Shown: positions 21,634 through 31,165 of the stretch, piece after piece
Position numbering within the stretch: the stretch's first letter is position 1
Layout of the letters: each line of letters opens with the position of its first letter
Virus record (IMG/VR): IMGVR_UViG_3300036791_001907
Location: 64,001-128,000 of that record
Length of the DNA: 64,000 bases
Direction: 5' to 3' (one strand)
Source: a virus
The notes under the pieces: model-generated
What the model was told of the DNA's origin: nothing
Database searches by the model: none
Seen by the model: the letters and a program-made list of their open reading frames with translations, nothing else
Program-made: the position numbers and the translations under genes

Positions 21634-21683
21634 GGGCCGGTCTCTGGAACGAGACGTCGTTCCGGGGGCCGGTCCGTTTTCTT
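21634..21683 (+). terminator. Intrinsic terminator
   Basis: 18-bp stem GGCCGGTCTCTGGAACGA/TCGTTCCGGGGGCCGGTC (G.U pairs on + strand) followed by TTTTCTT. Confidence 0.7.
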
Positions 21684-22635
21684 ACGGGTCAAGCCACCCC
21701 CCTTCACTGCCGAAGGGATCGCGGGCGTGCATCAGTCCCAGGGCCAGCAGCTGATCGGGTCCGGTATAGCAGGTCGAATAGTCCGGGTGGAAGAAGGATC
21801 GGCTCGGAGTCTGCTCGAGCATCAGTTCCATGGAGCGGTATTCCCGGGCGTCGCCGAAGTGCTCGCCGCGGATGATCTCCTCCCGCGCCCGCGGCACCGC
21901 GTCATCAAAATGTTTGCAATGTAGGAGCGCTCCCCGCATTGGCGCCAACGTCACCGGGACCTTCAGGCCGTGCGCGCCGCAGTCGAACGCCTGGCCCGGC
22001 TGCCAGCGCACCAGCGGCAGCTTGCTGCCGGCCGGCGCGTCGCGGCCGAGCCCATCGAAGACGCGGGTCCGCGCGCCCCCCAGGATCATGCGGTGCGGAA
22101 ACGCCGGGATCGTGATCCAGCGATAGTGCTTGCGGTCGAAGAAGGGGGTTGCGGACAGGAACGGTTCGCCGCGAACATAGCCCACGCTGCCGAACGGCCG
22201 GTCGGAATAGCAGTCAGTGAGCACACAGAAGAGCGCACGGGCCTGGGCGCGGTCGAGTTCCCCGGTCAGGTCCTGGATCGGCTTGCCGGCGCTGCCGGGC
22301 CAGACCAGCAGCTCGTCGGCATCGGCGATCAAGACCCAGCATTCCGGACAGTGTGTGTTCAGGACCGGGTTGACCCAGTCCATGCCGAAGTGGGCGGGCC
22401 CGTAGCGGTCTTGGGTCTCGAACAGGCTGACGTCAGGCCGGTCCTCGAGAAACTCGTGGGTGCCGTCGCTGGAGCCATTGTCGATCAGCAGGAACCGATC
22501 GAACCCGAGCGCCCGATAATACATCAGGAAAAAGGGGAGGCGCAAGGTCTCGTTCCGGACCACGGAAACGACGACGTGATCGGTCGGCCGGATATCATCC
22601 GGCGGCCGTGTGGACGCGGCAAGTGTAACCGGCAT
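21682..22635 (-). CDS. Glycosyltransferase family 2-like protein
   Basis: VVRNE..LPFFL.YY..LGFDRFLLIDNGSSDGT, WVLIADADE, LLHCK; GGAGG RBS. Confidence 0.85.
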   Translation of the reverse strand: MPVTLAASTRPPDDIRPTDHVVVSVVRNETLRLPFFLMYYRALGFDRFLLIDNGSSDGTHEFLEDRPDVSLFETQDRYGPAHFGMDWVNPVLNTHCPECWVLIADADELLVWPGSAGKPIQDLTGELDRAQARALFCVLTDCYSDRPFGSVGYVRGEPFLSATPFFDRKHYRWITIPAFPHRMILGGARTRVFDGLGRDAPAGSKLPLVRWQPGQAFDCGAHGLKVPVTLAPMRGALLHCKHFDDAVPRAREEIIRGEHFGDAREYRSMELMLEQTPSRSFFHPDYSTCYTGPDQLLALGLMHARDPFGSEGGWLDP

Positions 22636-22693
22636 GAAGGCCTCCCAGGTCCCGTTAGTGTTGCCCATCACGCACCAAGAGGAACGATGCCAG

Positions 22694-23098
22694 ATGATCC
22701 ACGATCCCGCCAGACTCCGGTTCGCACTGAAGTGCCTCAAGCTGGCTCGCGATGAGATGAAGGCGCACGGCCGCACCTTCATGACGCCGCGCCAGAACCT
22801 GTTCGACATCGCCGTGCAGTACGGCGGCAACATCGCGCTGACCCGCCAGGAGATCATGGCCGCCGCCCGGATGTTAAGATCGCGGCACGCCGCTGCGGCC
22901 AGCAAACGAAAGTACCGATCGACCGGGACCGGCGCCGAGGGCCCGTTCGCCATCGAGGTCGAGGCCGTCAGCCCGGCCGATGCATTCGTTGAGGTGTCCC
23001 TGAACGTGCGCGGGGAGACGGCCGTCGACACGCTGTTGGATCTGGCCACCGGCCAGGATGTGCTCGACGACATCGACCCTGATGACCCTGTGCTTTAG
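22694..23098 (+). CDS. Hypothetical protein
   Basis: ORF with RBS. Confidence 0.55.
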   Translation: MIHDPARLRFALKCLKLARDEMKAHGRTFMTPRQNLFDIAVQYGGNIALTRQEIMAAARMLRSRHAAAASKRKYRSTGTGAEGPFAIEVEAVSPADAFVEVSLNVRGETAVDTLLDLATGQDVLDDIDPDDPVL

Positions 23099-23115
23099 CG
23101 TTACGCAGCGTAACG
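23099..23115. promoter_or_regulatory. 17-bp palindromic site, copy B
   Basis: CGTTACGC-A-GCGTAACG, perfect inverted repeat. Confidence 0.7.
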
Positions 23116-23129
23116 ACCCGGAGGCAACA

Positions 23130-23450
23130 ATGCCCCTTTTCGACGTGACGGTCACAGTGACCCTGGCCGACGGCCACAGCTTCGAGGACGCCGAGATCGA
23201 CGCGCGCGACGATCTCGGCGACCACAACTACCACATCGAGGACACCTCACCACAGGCGGCCGAGGCGCTGGCGCTCGACCTGTTTCACGGCACGGTGGCG
23301 ATCGGCGCGCTCGAGGCCGTGGAGATCGACGTCAAGGTTCAGGAGGCGCGCCCGGGATCCCCGGAGACCTACCTCGACAGCGCGGCGGTCATCAAGACCA
23401 TCCGGGACCGGTGGCACCAAGACCGCGACCAGAACCTGGAGGAGCCATGA
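23130..23450 (+). CDS. Hypothetical protein
   Basis: GGAGG RBS. Confidence 0.55.
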   Translation: MPLFDVTVTVTLADGHSFEDAEIDARDDLGDHNYHIEDTSPQAAEALALDLFHGTVAIGALEAVEIDVKVQEARPGSPETYLDSAAVIKTIRDRWHQDRDQNLEEP

Positions 23451-23644
23451 TCGACAATGATGCGCGCACCAGGCGCTATGGTCTCAGCCTCGGCGACGAG
23501 GTCGACTTCCGCTGGAACGGCGCGCGGCTTCGAGGCACGGTGATACGGCTGACACTCACCAAGGCCGTGATCAAGACCGCAGCTGCTGACTCGAAGACAG
23601 TTCTCTATCGACAGGTCGAACAGTCGAACCGGTATCCCACCTGA
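23447..23644 (+). CDS. Small SH3/KOW-like hypothetical protein
   Basis: LSLGDEVDF..GTVIRL pattern. Confidence 0.5.
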   Translation: MIDNDARTRRYGLSLGDEVDFRWNGARLRGTVIRLTLTKAVIKTAAADSKTVLYRQVEQSNRYPT

Positions 23645-23649
23645 CGGGC

Positions 23650-24190
23650 TCCTCGACGGTGTGATGGGTCCGGAGGCGCCTCGAACAGGGAAGAAAAGCA
23701 AGAAAAAAGACCCTGTAAGGGAATGCCGGACGAAACTCGAAGATGGTGTAGGTGCAGCGGACGCCATCGAGGCGTAGCCAGGGCTTCGCCTGGCCGGCGT
23801 ATAGGTTGTTGGCGCCCCTAGTTGCGCATGGTGTCCAGGCGCGCGCTTATGTTACTCGTTCTTGGAAAGAGGGAGTCGCGGAGCGGCGACCCTTTCCAAG
23901 AATTTACTCCCTTCGGAGGAGTTACTAGCAAAAAGATATGGGCTAGGAACTTGACACCCGAGCTTCCCATTTTTATACTCTACAAGCTCAGGCGCCGCAA
24001 CAAGTTGCGCACACTTTGTCGAGTGTCCATGATCCATGTCCTTGATGGCATTATCAGCGCATAACTCAATATACAGCCTCGAGTTGCGTATGATTGCCGC
24101 AGAGGGTGTACTCCAGTGTGTATATCTTTCCGATGAACTTTCCACCCGCAATTGAGGTTTTTCGCGCCCCGAGGAGGCCTTCTTTTGAGT
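23650..24190. other. AT-richer non-coding region (candidate origin or promoter region)
   Basis: Marked drop in GC; AGTTGCG recurs near 23820, 24003 and 24082. Confidence 0.4.
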
Positions 24191-25333
24191 GTTGAAAGTC
24201 TGGACGGCGAGTCCCCCCGCGATGGTTCGAGGTTCCGGAAGCCGCCCCACTGCGGCTACCGGGTCTCGGCGGTGCCGAAGCGCTATGTCGACCAGGTTCA
24301 GCTCTCTGCGGTGCTGCGGCCGGCCTACGGCCGGCTGGCGACCGAGGCCGACATCATCGACGCCACGGCCTGGGCGCTGTACCACTGGCGGCGCAGGGCC
24401 ACACAGCTGGCCTCGGCGGGCTGGGGGCCATTGGGGATCGTCGGCAGAAAGTCGCGGCTGCCGAACGCCATGAGCTGTCCGGTGGCGTTCGTCATGACCT
24501 ATGACGGCAAGGCGGGCCGCAGGCCCTGCAAGTTCCGGCAGATCTGTCCATTCTGTTGGGCGCGTGAAGTGCGGCGGCACTGGCTGAAGATCGATGCAGC
24601 CTTCTTCCCGGTTGTGACCAGGAAGCGCCGTGTCCGGGTGGTCGATACGGACTCAGATATGGCAAAGTCGAAGTCCTTTACACGTAGTGTAAAGGACGTC
24701 GAAACCGGCGTCAAGAGCCCCTATGATCTGGTGCGCCGGGTCTTTACTTTTCGGGTGCCAAGGAGCCTGGCATACCCTGTGGGCGGTGCGCGGATCGTGC
24801 TGGAAGATGATGTCGGCCGGATGCTGGATAAGGTGAAGGTCATCGCTGACGAATGTGATGGTCGAGTCCAGACGGTGAAACAGGTCGTCATCAAGCGTAG
24901 TGGTCTGCTTGCTTATCTGGATAGCCGGATCCGCGGTCGTCCTGACTCCCGGTTCCATCGCCTCCACGAGTGTCGCAAGCTGCTGGAGTCTGCCGGACCC
25001 GGCGGCGGTATGCTCGAGGTCGTTTCCTTTCGTCACGTCGACGATCCGGCCTATCCCTGTGAGGTCCAGGTTCACCAGCTGATCCTGGCTGCCGACGGCA
25101 CCAAGGTGCCCAAGCAGATGCACGAGCTGTCCGCGCCCGAGTCGCGGCGGCACATCGTCATCTCCAAGCCCGGCCGCCGCGTCGTGACGGCGGCGGTGGC
25201 GCGGGCTCTACGCTATCCCCAGGGCCTCATCGATCCCAAGGTGCCGATCGAGGACGTCATTGCCTATCTGGAGGCGCGGCGCGGCCGCCGCCTCGTCGCG
25301 AGTTTTGGTTGTTTTCGCAACCAGAAAACCTGA
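24152..25333 (+). CDS. Hypothetical protein with Zn motif, possibly HUH/Rep-like
   Basis: SCP...RPCKFRQICPFCWAR, EVQVHQLIL, ALRYP; start uncertain. Confidence 0.5.
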   Translation: MRFFAPRGGLLLSVESLDGESPRDGSRFRKPPHCGYRVSAVPKRYVDQVQLSAVLRPAYGRLATEADIIDATAWALYHWRRRATQLASAGWGPLGIVGRKSRLPNAMSCPVAFVMTYDGKAGRRPCKFRQICPFCWAREVRRHWLKIDAAFFPVVTRKRRVRVVDTDSDMAKSKSFTRSVKDVETGVKSPYDLVRRVFTFRVPRSLAYPVGGARIVLEDDVGRMLDKVKVIADECDGRVQTVKQVVIKRSGLLAYLDSRIRGRPDSRFHRLHECRKLLESAGPGGGMLEVVSFRHVDDPAYPCEVQVHQLILAADGTKVPKQMHELSAPESRRHIVISKPGRRVVTAAVARALRYPQGLIDPKVPIEDVIAYLEARRGRRLVASFGCFRNQKT

Positions 25334-25345
25334 GAGGAGGATCCC

Positions 25346-25801
25346 ATGTCTATCGGACCGTGGCGACCAGACCGTGGTACCAGGAGTGACAAACCCGCCG
25401 ACCACGGAACTCCCGCTGAGGAGACACCTCAGCAGCGAACCCGGAAGATCCTTGATATGCTGGCCCCGGACCAGACCTGCAACCGCTGCCAGAAGCCGGC
25501 CGCGCGCCATGAGATCACCCCGCTGGGGGCCGTGGTCTGTCTCGAGCTGCCCCGCTATGGCGGCCTGACGCCCTGGCACAGCCACGGCTTCATGACCAAG
25601 GACGGTCTGCATTACCTGTCGCTCATGGAGCAGATCGGCGCTCTGGCCGGAATGCTCGAAGAACGGGGCCTGGTCGAAGGTCACGATGTGATCCTGGAGC
25701 GGATCGTCGCGCTTCAGCTCTGGATGAACCTGCTCAGGCCGGGCGGCTCAATGGGCGCCGGGGCCGTGATCACGATCCCCCGGCCCCCGGAGCTGGGGTG
25801 A
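25346..25801 (+). CDS. Hypothetical protein
   Basis: GGAGG RBS; CxxC. Confidence 0.55.
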   Translation: MSIGPWRPDRGTRSDKPADHGTPAEETPQQRTRKILDMLAPDQTCNRCQKPAARHEITPLGAVVCLELPRYGGLTPWHSHGFMTKDGLHYLSLMEQIGALAGMLEERGLVEGHDVILERIVALQLWMNLLRPGGSMGAGAVITIPRPPELG

Positions 25802-26073
25802 TGATCCTCGATGCCAGGCACATCGAAAACGCCAGAGGTTACACGATCCTGGATGCCGCGACCGGCCGTTGTCTTGACAAGGAGCACATCTTCTACGCCG
25901 ACAGCGATCTGGGGTTTTACAGGCGCTACCTCACGGACGAGCAGAACAACACGTACTGGTGGGACCGCCGCACCCGGCAGAAGGCCACGATGGATACTCC
26001 CGACCGGTTCCGGGAGGTCGCCTGGACGACCGTGCGGCGGTCGATCGCCATCTTCAAGAAGGAGTCCTCGTGA
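25798..26073 (+). CDS. Hypothetical protein
   Basis: Coupled ORF. Confidence 0.55.
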   Translation: MMILDARHIENARGYTILDAATGRCLDKEHIFYADSDLGFYRRYLTDEQNNTYWWDRRTRQKATMDTPDRFREVAWTTVRRSIAIFKKESS

Positions 26074-26435
26074 TGGCTACACTGCCTGATCCGCCCAGGC
26101 TCTTCATGGCCGTCGTGCCGATGGTCCTGGGCGTCGACACGCTGGCCTGGGCGCCGATCACGCTGGCGGCCAGCCGTGCCGGCTGCTGGGACCACACCCT
26201 GGAGTGGGCCGGTGAGGCGCGCGACCGTGCCGCCATGTTCGATGATCTGTTCGCGCGCTGCCCACGCGGCGCGCCGTCGGCGATCACGCGGAGTCTGGGC
26301 CTGTGGGCCAGCTACAAACCCGAGGCGCCGCGGTCGGCGCGGATCGCCTGGCTCAAGCGACACGGCTGCCGCGTGGTGGCCGGTCAGTTCATCATCGAGA
26401 CAGGAGCAAACCATGAAGAAGTCTTACAGTCGTGA
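26073..26435 (+). CDS. Hypothetical protein
   Basis: Coupled ORF. Confidence 0.5.
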   Translation: MATLPDPPRLFMAVVPMVLGVDTLAWAPITLAASRAGCWDHTLEWAGEARDRAAMFDDLFARCPRGAPSAITRSLGLWASYKPEAPRSARIAWLKRHGCRVVAGQFIIETGANHEEVLQS

Positions 26436-27057
26436 GCAGACCCTGGCGCTGCGTTCCACCAAGGTGCCAGCGCTCGCGGTCATCGAAAAGGCCGTTGGCA
26501 TGAAGGCCCGCGCCTGGCGGAACCGCTGTCATGAGGTTGCCTGTGCGATGCTCGAGAAGAAGTTGGTTGTGGGCGTCGAGCGCTATGGCCATTACTATGG
26601 TCCCGTGGCGCGGCGACATCCGCAGTATGACCGGCCGTTCCAGCGGCACGGCTGGATCGAGACCCCCCGCGGCCTGGTCATCGACCCCACGCGGTGGGCC
26701 TTCGAGCTGGTCGCGCCTTATGTGTATCATGGTCCCGGTGATGACTATGATGCCGGCGGCCAGCGCGCGCGGGCCTCACGGCTCGGGCCCTATCCGCCGC
26801 GATCGCCGGACGCGGAATTCATCTCGTTCGACGTTGACGGCGCGGCGCTATTACGGCTCCGCGAGCTGACCGGCGGCCAGGATGCCGACTTCAGTTTGGA
26901 TCAGATCTTTTGGTTGGCCAACTTGCCGCTGGAGCGCTGGGGCCGGCATGCGGCGGCGATCTACGCGGCGCTGGCCCAGGCCGGGCACAAGGCGGCGATC
27001 CCGATCGACCTGTGGCGGATGGCCATGGATCGGCCGGTAGCGTCACATTTACCATGA
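26413..27057 (+). CDS. Hypothetical protein with papain/transglutaminase-like C-H-D pattern
   Basis: NRCHEVA...HGWIE...VIDPT. Confidence 0.5.
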   Translation: MKKSYSREQTLALRSTKVPALAVIEKAVGMKARAWRNRCHEVACAMLEKKLVVGVERYGHYYGPVARRHPQYDRPFQRHGWIETPRGLVIDPTRWAFELVAPYVYHGPGDDYDAGGQRARASRLGPYPPRSPDAEFISFDVDGAALLRLRELTGGQDADFSLDQIFWLANLPLERWGRHAAAIYAALAQAGHKAAIPIDLWRMAMDRPVASHLP

Positions 27058-27066
27058 AAGGTTGCC

Positions 27067-27357
27067 ATGGAGATCGGCGGCTACGACACGATCTACGAGA
27101 CAGCCGAGCCCACGCGGCTGCTGCTGGCCATCATGATCGCCCTGGGCTGGTCGGCGCCGGTCACCGAGTGGATCAATGACAGGGAGCTGTTCTTCTATCG
27201 CGACCAGGCGGCCAGGGACGCCTGGGATCGCGACGTCGGGCCCGACGAGACCATGGTCTACTTCATCGTCGATCCCGGCAGGCTCACCGTCGTCAGCGAC
27301 GAGGTGCTCACGGCCGCGATCCGGGTGCGGTTCCTGTCGTTTCTCGTCCCGTCGTGA
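27067..27357 (+). CDS. Hypothetical protein
   Basis: ORF in operon. Confidence 0.55.
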   Translation: MEIGGYDTIYETAEPTRLLLAIMIALGWSAPVTEWINDRELFFYRDQAARDAWDRDVGPDETMVYFIVDPGRLTVVSDEVLTAAIRVRFLSFLVPS

Positions 27358-27386
27358 AAACCTGTCATTCAGCACAGGAGGGTTCC

Positions 27387-29195
27387 ATGCCAGCGCTCAA
27401 AGGCTTCGAGGTTCAGACTCATTCACTCGGCAAAGGCCGGGAGATCGACGTCCTCCACCATCCCGACCACAGCCTGTTTCTCTGGGTGCCGGCGCAGCAG
27501 GTCGCCGAGCACAGCAACTGGAGCCGGCGGCGCACCGGCGAACACAGCACCAGCGACATCGGCAAGGATCTCGACCCGATGTACCGGATGCGGGTGGAAG
27601 ATCCGCACAAGCTGTACTCACGGTCGCGAGTCAAGAGCACGACGCTCTTCAACGTCGAGGGCCTGATCCAGAAGACGTTCCACACGCGTAAGCAAGGTTA
27701 TCTGGAGTTCTGTCACGACTTCATCGCGCAGGTGCTGCCGGCGTACGAGGCGTTTGCCGCGCATTACGCCGAGCTGGTCTTGATCTGGCGCGACGCGATC
27801 GATGGCGCCGTCACGGGACAGTACCTCCGCGAGGACAGCTTCACGCAGGCGCTGGCGCTCTGCGCCGACCGCTGCGCGGTCCGGCCCGCTGCCAGGCCGA
27901 TCCTGATCCTCGGTACGCTGACCCTCGACGGGGTGCTCTCCAACTGGGCGAAGACCACGCTTGATCCCATCCCGGTCGCCAGCGCGGCGACGGTGCTCAC
28001 GTTCCCGGTGGCCCAGCTGCATGCAGCCAACAAACGCGCGCAGGCGTACTGGGACCAGCATTCCGACGGTCCGGCCATGACCTTTCATCTGGCACTCGCC
28101 TATCCGGACGGCGCGATCTCCCTGCCCGACGGCACACTGGTCGCCGGACCGAGCGTGGCGGCGGCCTCGGAGCCGCCACCCGAGACCGAACCGGCCGTCG
28201 ATCGCCCTCTGCCCGGGCTGCCTGCGGGCTTCAACGGGCATCCGTGCCCGACTTACGGATCGTACGAAGATCCTGAGTGGATCGGACTTTACGTCTGCGA
28301 CGCCCTGGGGATCGTCGACCATCACGATGCCCTGAGCCGAGTTCCCGCCGAGGAGAAGGGTAGGGTTATCGCCCCCACCCAAGTGTCCTCCCGTGGCCGC
28401 AAGACCCAGAGCTACGTCACGATCAAGGAGGCAGGCCTCTACCGTTTGATCAGCGAGAGCCACAAACCTGAGGCCGAAGCATTCAAGAACTGGCTTTATC
28501 GCGAGGTCTTGCCGGCGATCCGCCGCTACGGTTACTACGCGCAGCCAGGCGCGCAGCCTGGTCCCACGGCCGAGGAACTGCGCGCGGCCCTCCGCACGAT
28601 CGTCAGGGAGGAGCTGGCGGCGGCCGTCGGCAGGATCATCCCGACGCAGGTCGGCGCGGCCCAGGTGGCGGCGCTGGTCGAGCCCCTGGTCGCGGCCGCC
28701 GAGCGGCTGGCCGAGAGCAATGTCATTCACCAGCAACAGCTCACGCTCATGGGCCAGACGATCGAGCTGATCCTGCCCAGCAAGGAGCTGTTCCTGCCGG
28801 CCAAGGACTACGTCGAGATGGACGGTGTGGCCGATGCCCTGAAACGCGCGCCCCGGCTGGCGGCGCCGGCGCTCGAGATGGACCATTGCCCCGACTACGG
28901 CAAGGCGTCCCTGTTCATGAAGCGGCTCTGCCGCGCCGAGAACAAGAAGGTCGCCGCCAACGCCGTCGCGCGGATCATCGCCAGGGACGCCGGCCAGCCG
29001 CTGCCGCCCCTGTACATCCCCGAATTCCGGATGCGGAAGATCGAGCGCGAGCACGCCAAGGTGCTCATGTTCAACCCGGCCTGCTGGGCCTTCTGCAAGC
29101 AGACGTTCCTGCCTGCGGATACTCCGACCCTGCTCTTCCCCGGCCCGCGGGCCGAGGCGGCGCCGGGTGCTCGCGACCAGGCCGGTGAGGTCTGA
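27387..29195 (+). CDS. BRO-N domain (antirepressor-like) protein
   Basis: VCDALGI...IKEAGLYRLISESHKPEAEAFKNWLYREVLPAIRRYGYY; a second degenerate BRO-like segment near the N-terminus. Confidence 0.85.
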   Translation: MPALKGFEVQTHSLGKGREIDVLHHPDHSLFLWVPAQQVAEHSNWSRRRTGEHSTSDIGKDLDPMYRMRVEDPHKLYSRSRVKSTTLFNVEGLIQKTFHTRKQGYLEFCHDFIAQVLPAYEAFAAHYAELVLIWRDAIDGAVTGQYLREDSFTQALALCADRCAVRPAARPILILGTLTLDGVLSNWAKTTLDPIPVASAATVLTFPVAQLHAANKRAQAYWDQHSDGPAMTFHLALAYPDGAISLPDGTLVAGPSVAAASEPPPETEPAVDRPLPGLPAGFNGHPCPTYGSYEDPEWIGLYVCDALGIVDHHDALSRVPAEEKGRVIAPTQVSSRGRKTQSYVTIKEAGLYRLISESHKPEAEAFKNWLYREVLPAIRRYGYYAQPGAQPGPTAEELRAALRTIVREELAAAVGRIIPTQVGAAQVAALVEPLVAAAERLAESNVIHQQQLTLMGQTIELILPSKELFLPAKDYVEMDGVADALKRAPRLAAPALEMDHCPDYGKASLFMKRLCRAENKKVAANAVARIIARDAGQPLPPLYIPEFRMRKIEREHAKVLMFNPACWAFCKQTFLPADTPTLLFPGPRAEAAPGARDQAGEV

Positions 29196-29210
29196 TCCGG
29201 GGAAGATCCC

Positions 29211-30002
29211 ATGACCAACTCGATGTTCGATCTTGTTGAGATCCCGTTCTACGGTGACTCGATCGAGGCTGCCCGCAACACCCAGGACGGCAGCTTCTAC
29301 GTCTCGATCCGCCGGGTCTGCGACAACCTCGGCATTGGTTTCAGTGCCCAGCTCGAGAAGCTCAAGGGCTACCACTGGGCAACTGTGGCGCTGATCGACA
29401 TGGTTGCGCAAGATGAGAAACGGCGGGAACTTGCGGTCTTGCCGCTGGCCCAGGTGCCGGGCTGGCTGACCCACATCAACCCTGACAAGGTCGGCGGTGG
29501 GGATGAGCTGGTCGAGAAGCTCAAACGGTACCAGGTCGAGGCCGTCGACGTGCTCTACAGGCACTTCATCGCAGCGCAGTCGGCGCCGCAGGACCCGATC
29601 GTGGCCTTGTCGCAGTCGGTGATCGCGACGCGGCAGGCCCAGCTGGCGATCGAGAGCCGCGTTGACGGCATCCAGGAGCAAGTCGGCAACATGGTCGAGC
29701 TGCAACGGGCGGCGCTCGGCACCTTCTTCAACGTCCCCCGCGCCACGGAGCCGCCGGCGCCGCTGACGACCAGGAAGAAGATCAGCATGATCGTGCGGAG
29801 CTTCATCGCGGCCCACAGCATCAACCCCGACGGCGACGAGTACAAGGATATGTTTAATAACATCTACTGGCAGTTCAAGTACCGGTACGGCTTCGACGCT
29901 ACCGTGCGGGCCAAGAACGCCGGGATCTCCAAGCTCGAAGCGATCGAGCGGGCGGGTCTGATCGAGGAACTCTACAAGCTGGTGTCTGAGCTGTGCTCGT
30001 AG
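29211..30002 (+). CDS. P22 antirepressor N-terminal domain protein
   Basis: IPFYGD..YVSIRRVCDNLGI..AQLEKL...GWL..INP.KV..KL..YQ.EA..VLY..F. Confidence 0.8.
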   Translation: MTNSMFDLVEIPFYGDSIEAARNTQDGSFYVSIRRVCDNLGIGFSAQLEKLKGYHWATVALIDMVAQDEKRRELAVLPLAQVPGWLTHINPDKVGGGDELVEKLKRYQVEAVDVLYRHFIAAQSAPQDPIVALSQSVIATRQAQLAIESRVDGIQEQVGNMVELQRAALGTFFNVPRATEPPAPLTTRKKISMIVRSFIAAHSINPDGDEYKDMFNNIYWQFKYRYGFDATVRAKNAGISKLEAIERAGLIEELYKLVSELCS

Positions 30003-30035
30003 GCGGGAACGCGTGGTTGAACCAGGAGGCGACAT

Positions 30036-30527
30036 GTGAGCAACCGATACAAGCTGGGGCTGAAGTGTCGCGACTGCGGCGCCTATCGCTATGCCAGCCG
30101 CCAGGAGCTGGGTCGGTCGGCGCGGGTGCGCTGCCTGCGGTGCGGCGGGCCCATGGAACTTTCCGGGGCTGGGGGCGAGAAGATGGCCGACTCCCAGGAC
30201 GTCGTCAACGAGCAGCGGCTCCGGTTCGAGCGGCTGCGGGAAGGGCACGAGTTCTGGCAAGGCCAGACGGCCCAGGAAGGCATGATGACGGCCCAGGACA
30301 AGCTCCGTGCCGAGCACGGCACGCCCGAGGAGTTCCAGAACGCGACGTGGGAAGAATATTACGACTGCAAGATCACGGCCGACGAGGCCGTGGCGGCGAT
30401 CACCCGGTATCGCAGGGCGTGGACCACTGCCGGTGACACGGCAAACCAGGACACATTGTGCGCCGATCACCATGATCAGGGATCTGGCAGCGATCGTGCT
30501 GACGACCATTCGACGCAGGAGAGCTGA
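30036..30527 (+). CDS. Zn-finger hypothetical protein
   Basis: CRDCG...CLRCGG. Confidence 0.6.
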   Translation: MSNRYKLGLKCRDCGAYRYASRQELGRSARVRCLRCGGPMELSGAGGEKMADSQDVVNEQRLRFERLREGHEFWQGQTAQEGMMTAQDKLRAEHGTPEEFQNATWEEYYDCKITADEAVAAITRYRRAWTTAGDTANQDTLCADHHDQGSGSDRADDHSTQES

Positions 30528-30531
30528 CGCC

Positions 30532-30786
30532 ATGGCGATTGAGAAAAAACCGCAGCCACTTCAGGTGTTCGGCACGCCGGGGCCAGGCACGGCCCCGGTG
30601 ATCTTTCATGCCATGACCGCCTGCGACTGCGGCTGTGGCCGCCCCGCCCGGTTCCTGTTCTGCATCGGCCAGGATACGGTCGCGATCGCGGATCCGAAGG
30701 CGATCCGGGCGCTGATCACCGAAATGGAGGCGGGCTACGCACTACTCTGGGGACCCCAGGAGACTCGTGATGCCAACCCTGGCTGA
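30532..30786 (+). CDS. Hypothetical protein
   Basis: AGGAG RBS. Confidence 0.5.
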   Translation: MAIEKKPQPLQVFGTPGPGTAPVIFHAMTACDCGCGRPARFLFCIGQDTVAIADPKAIRALITEMEAGYALLWGPQETRDANPG

Positions 30787-31165
30787 ACTCCGCACCAGGC
30801 ACGGCACGCTCGAGGAGTTCGAGCGTGCCGTCTGGGCGGCGCATGCGCAGCTCTTTGTAACCACTGACGAGGCTGTGGCGGGGATTGCCAAGTATCGCGC
30901 GGAATGGATCGCCGCCGGTGGGACCGTGCCGCAACCCTACGGGCCCCACATCGACGCGCTGTCGCTCGCGATCCTGTTTCATTTTCACTACGAGCGGCTC
31001 GCGCCCCAGTACGGTTACGAAACCCGGGAGGGGACGCGGAAGTTCGATCCCAACAGTCCCAACGGCAAGCTCATGGTTGCGACCTGCGGCGCGGTCCTGG
31101 ATGCGTTGTCCAGTTTGCCGTCGCCGGATCCAGAGGCCAAGGAGTCACACGATGCCGGATCATGA
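30770..31165 (+). CDS. Hypothetical protein
   Basis: Shares an HGTxEEF module with 30036-30527. Confidence 0.55.
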   Translation: MPTLAELRTRHGTLEEFERAVWAAHAQLFVTTDEAVAGIAKYRAEWIAAGGTVPQPYGPHIDALSLAILFHFHYERLAPQYGYETREGTRKFDPNSPNGKLMVATCGAVLDALSSLPSPDPEAKESHDAGS

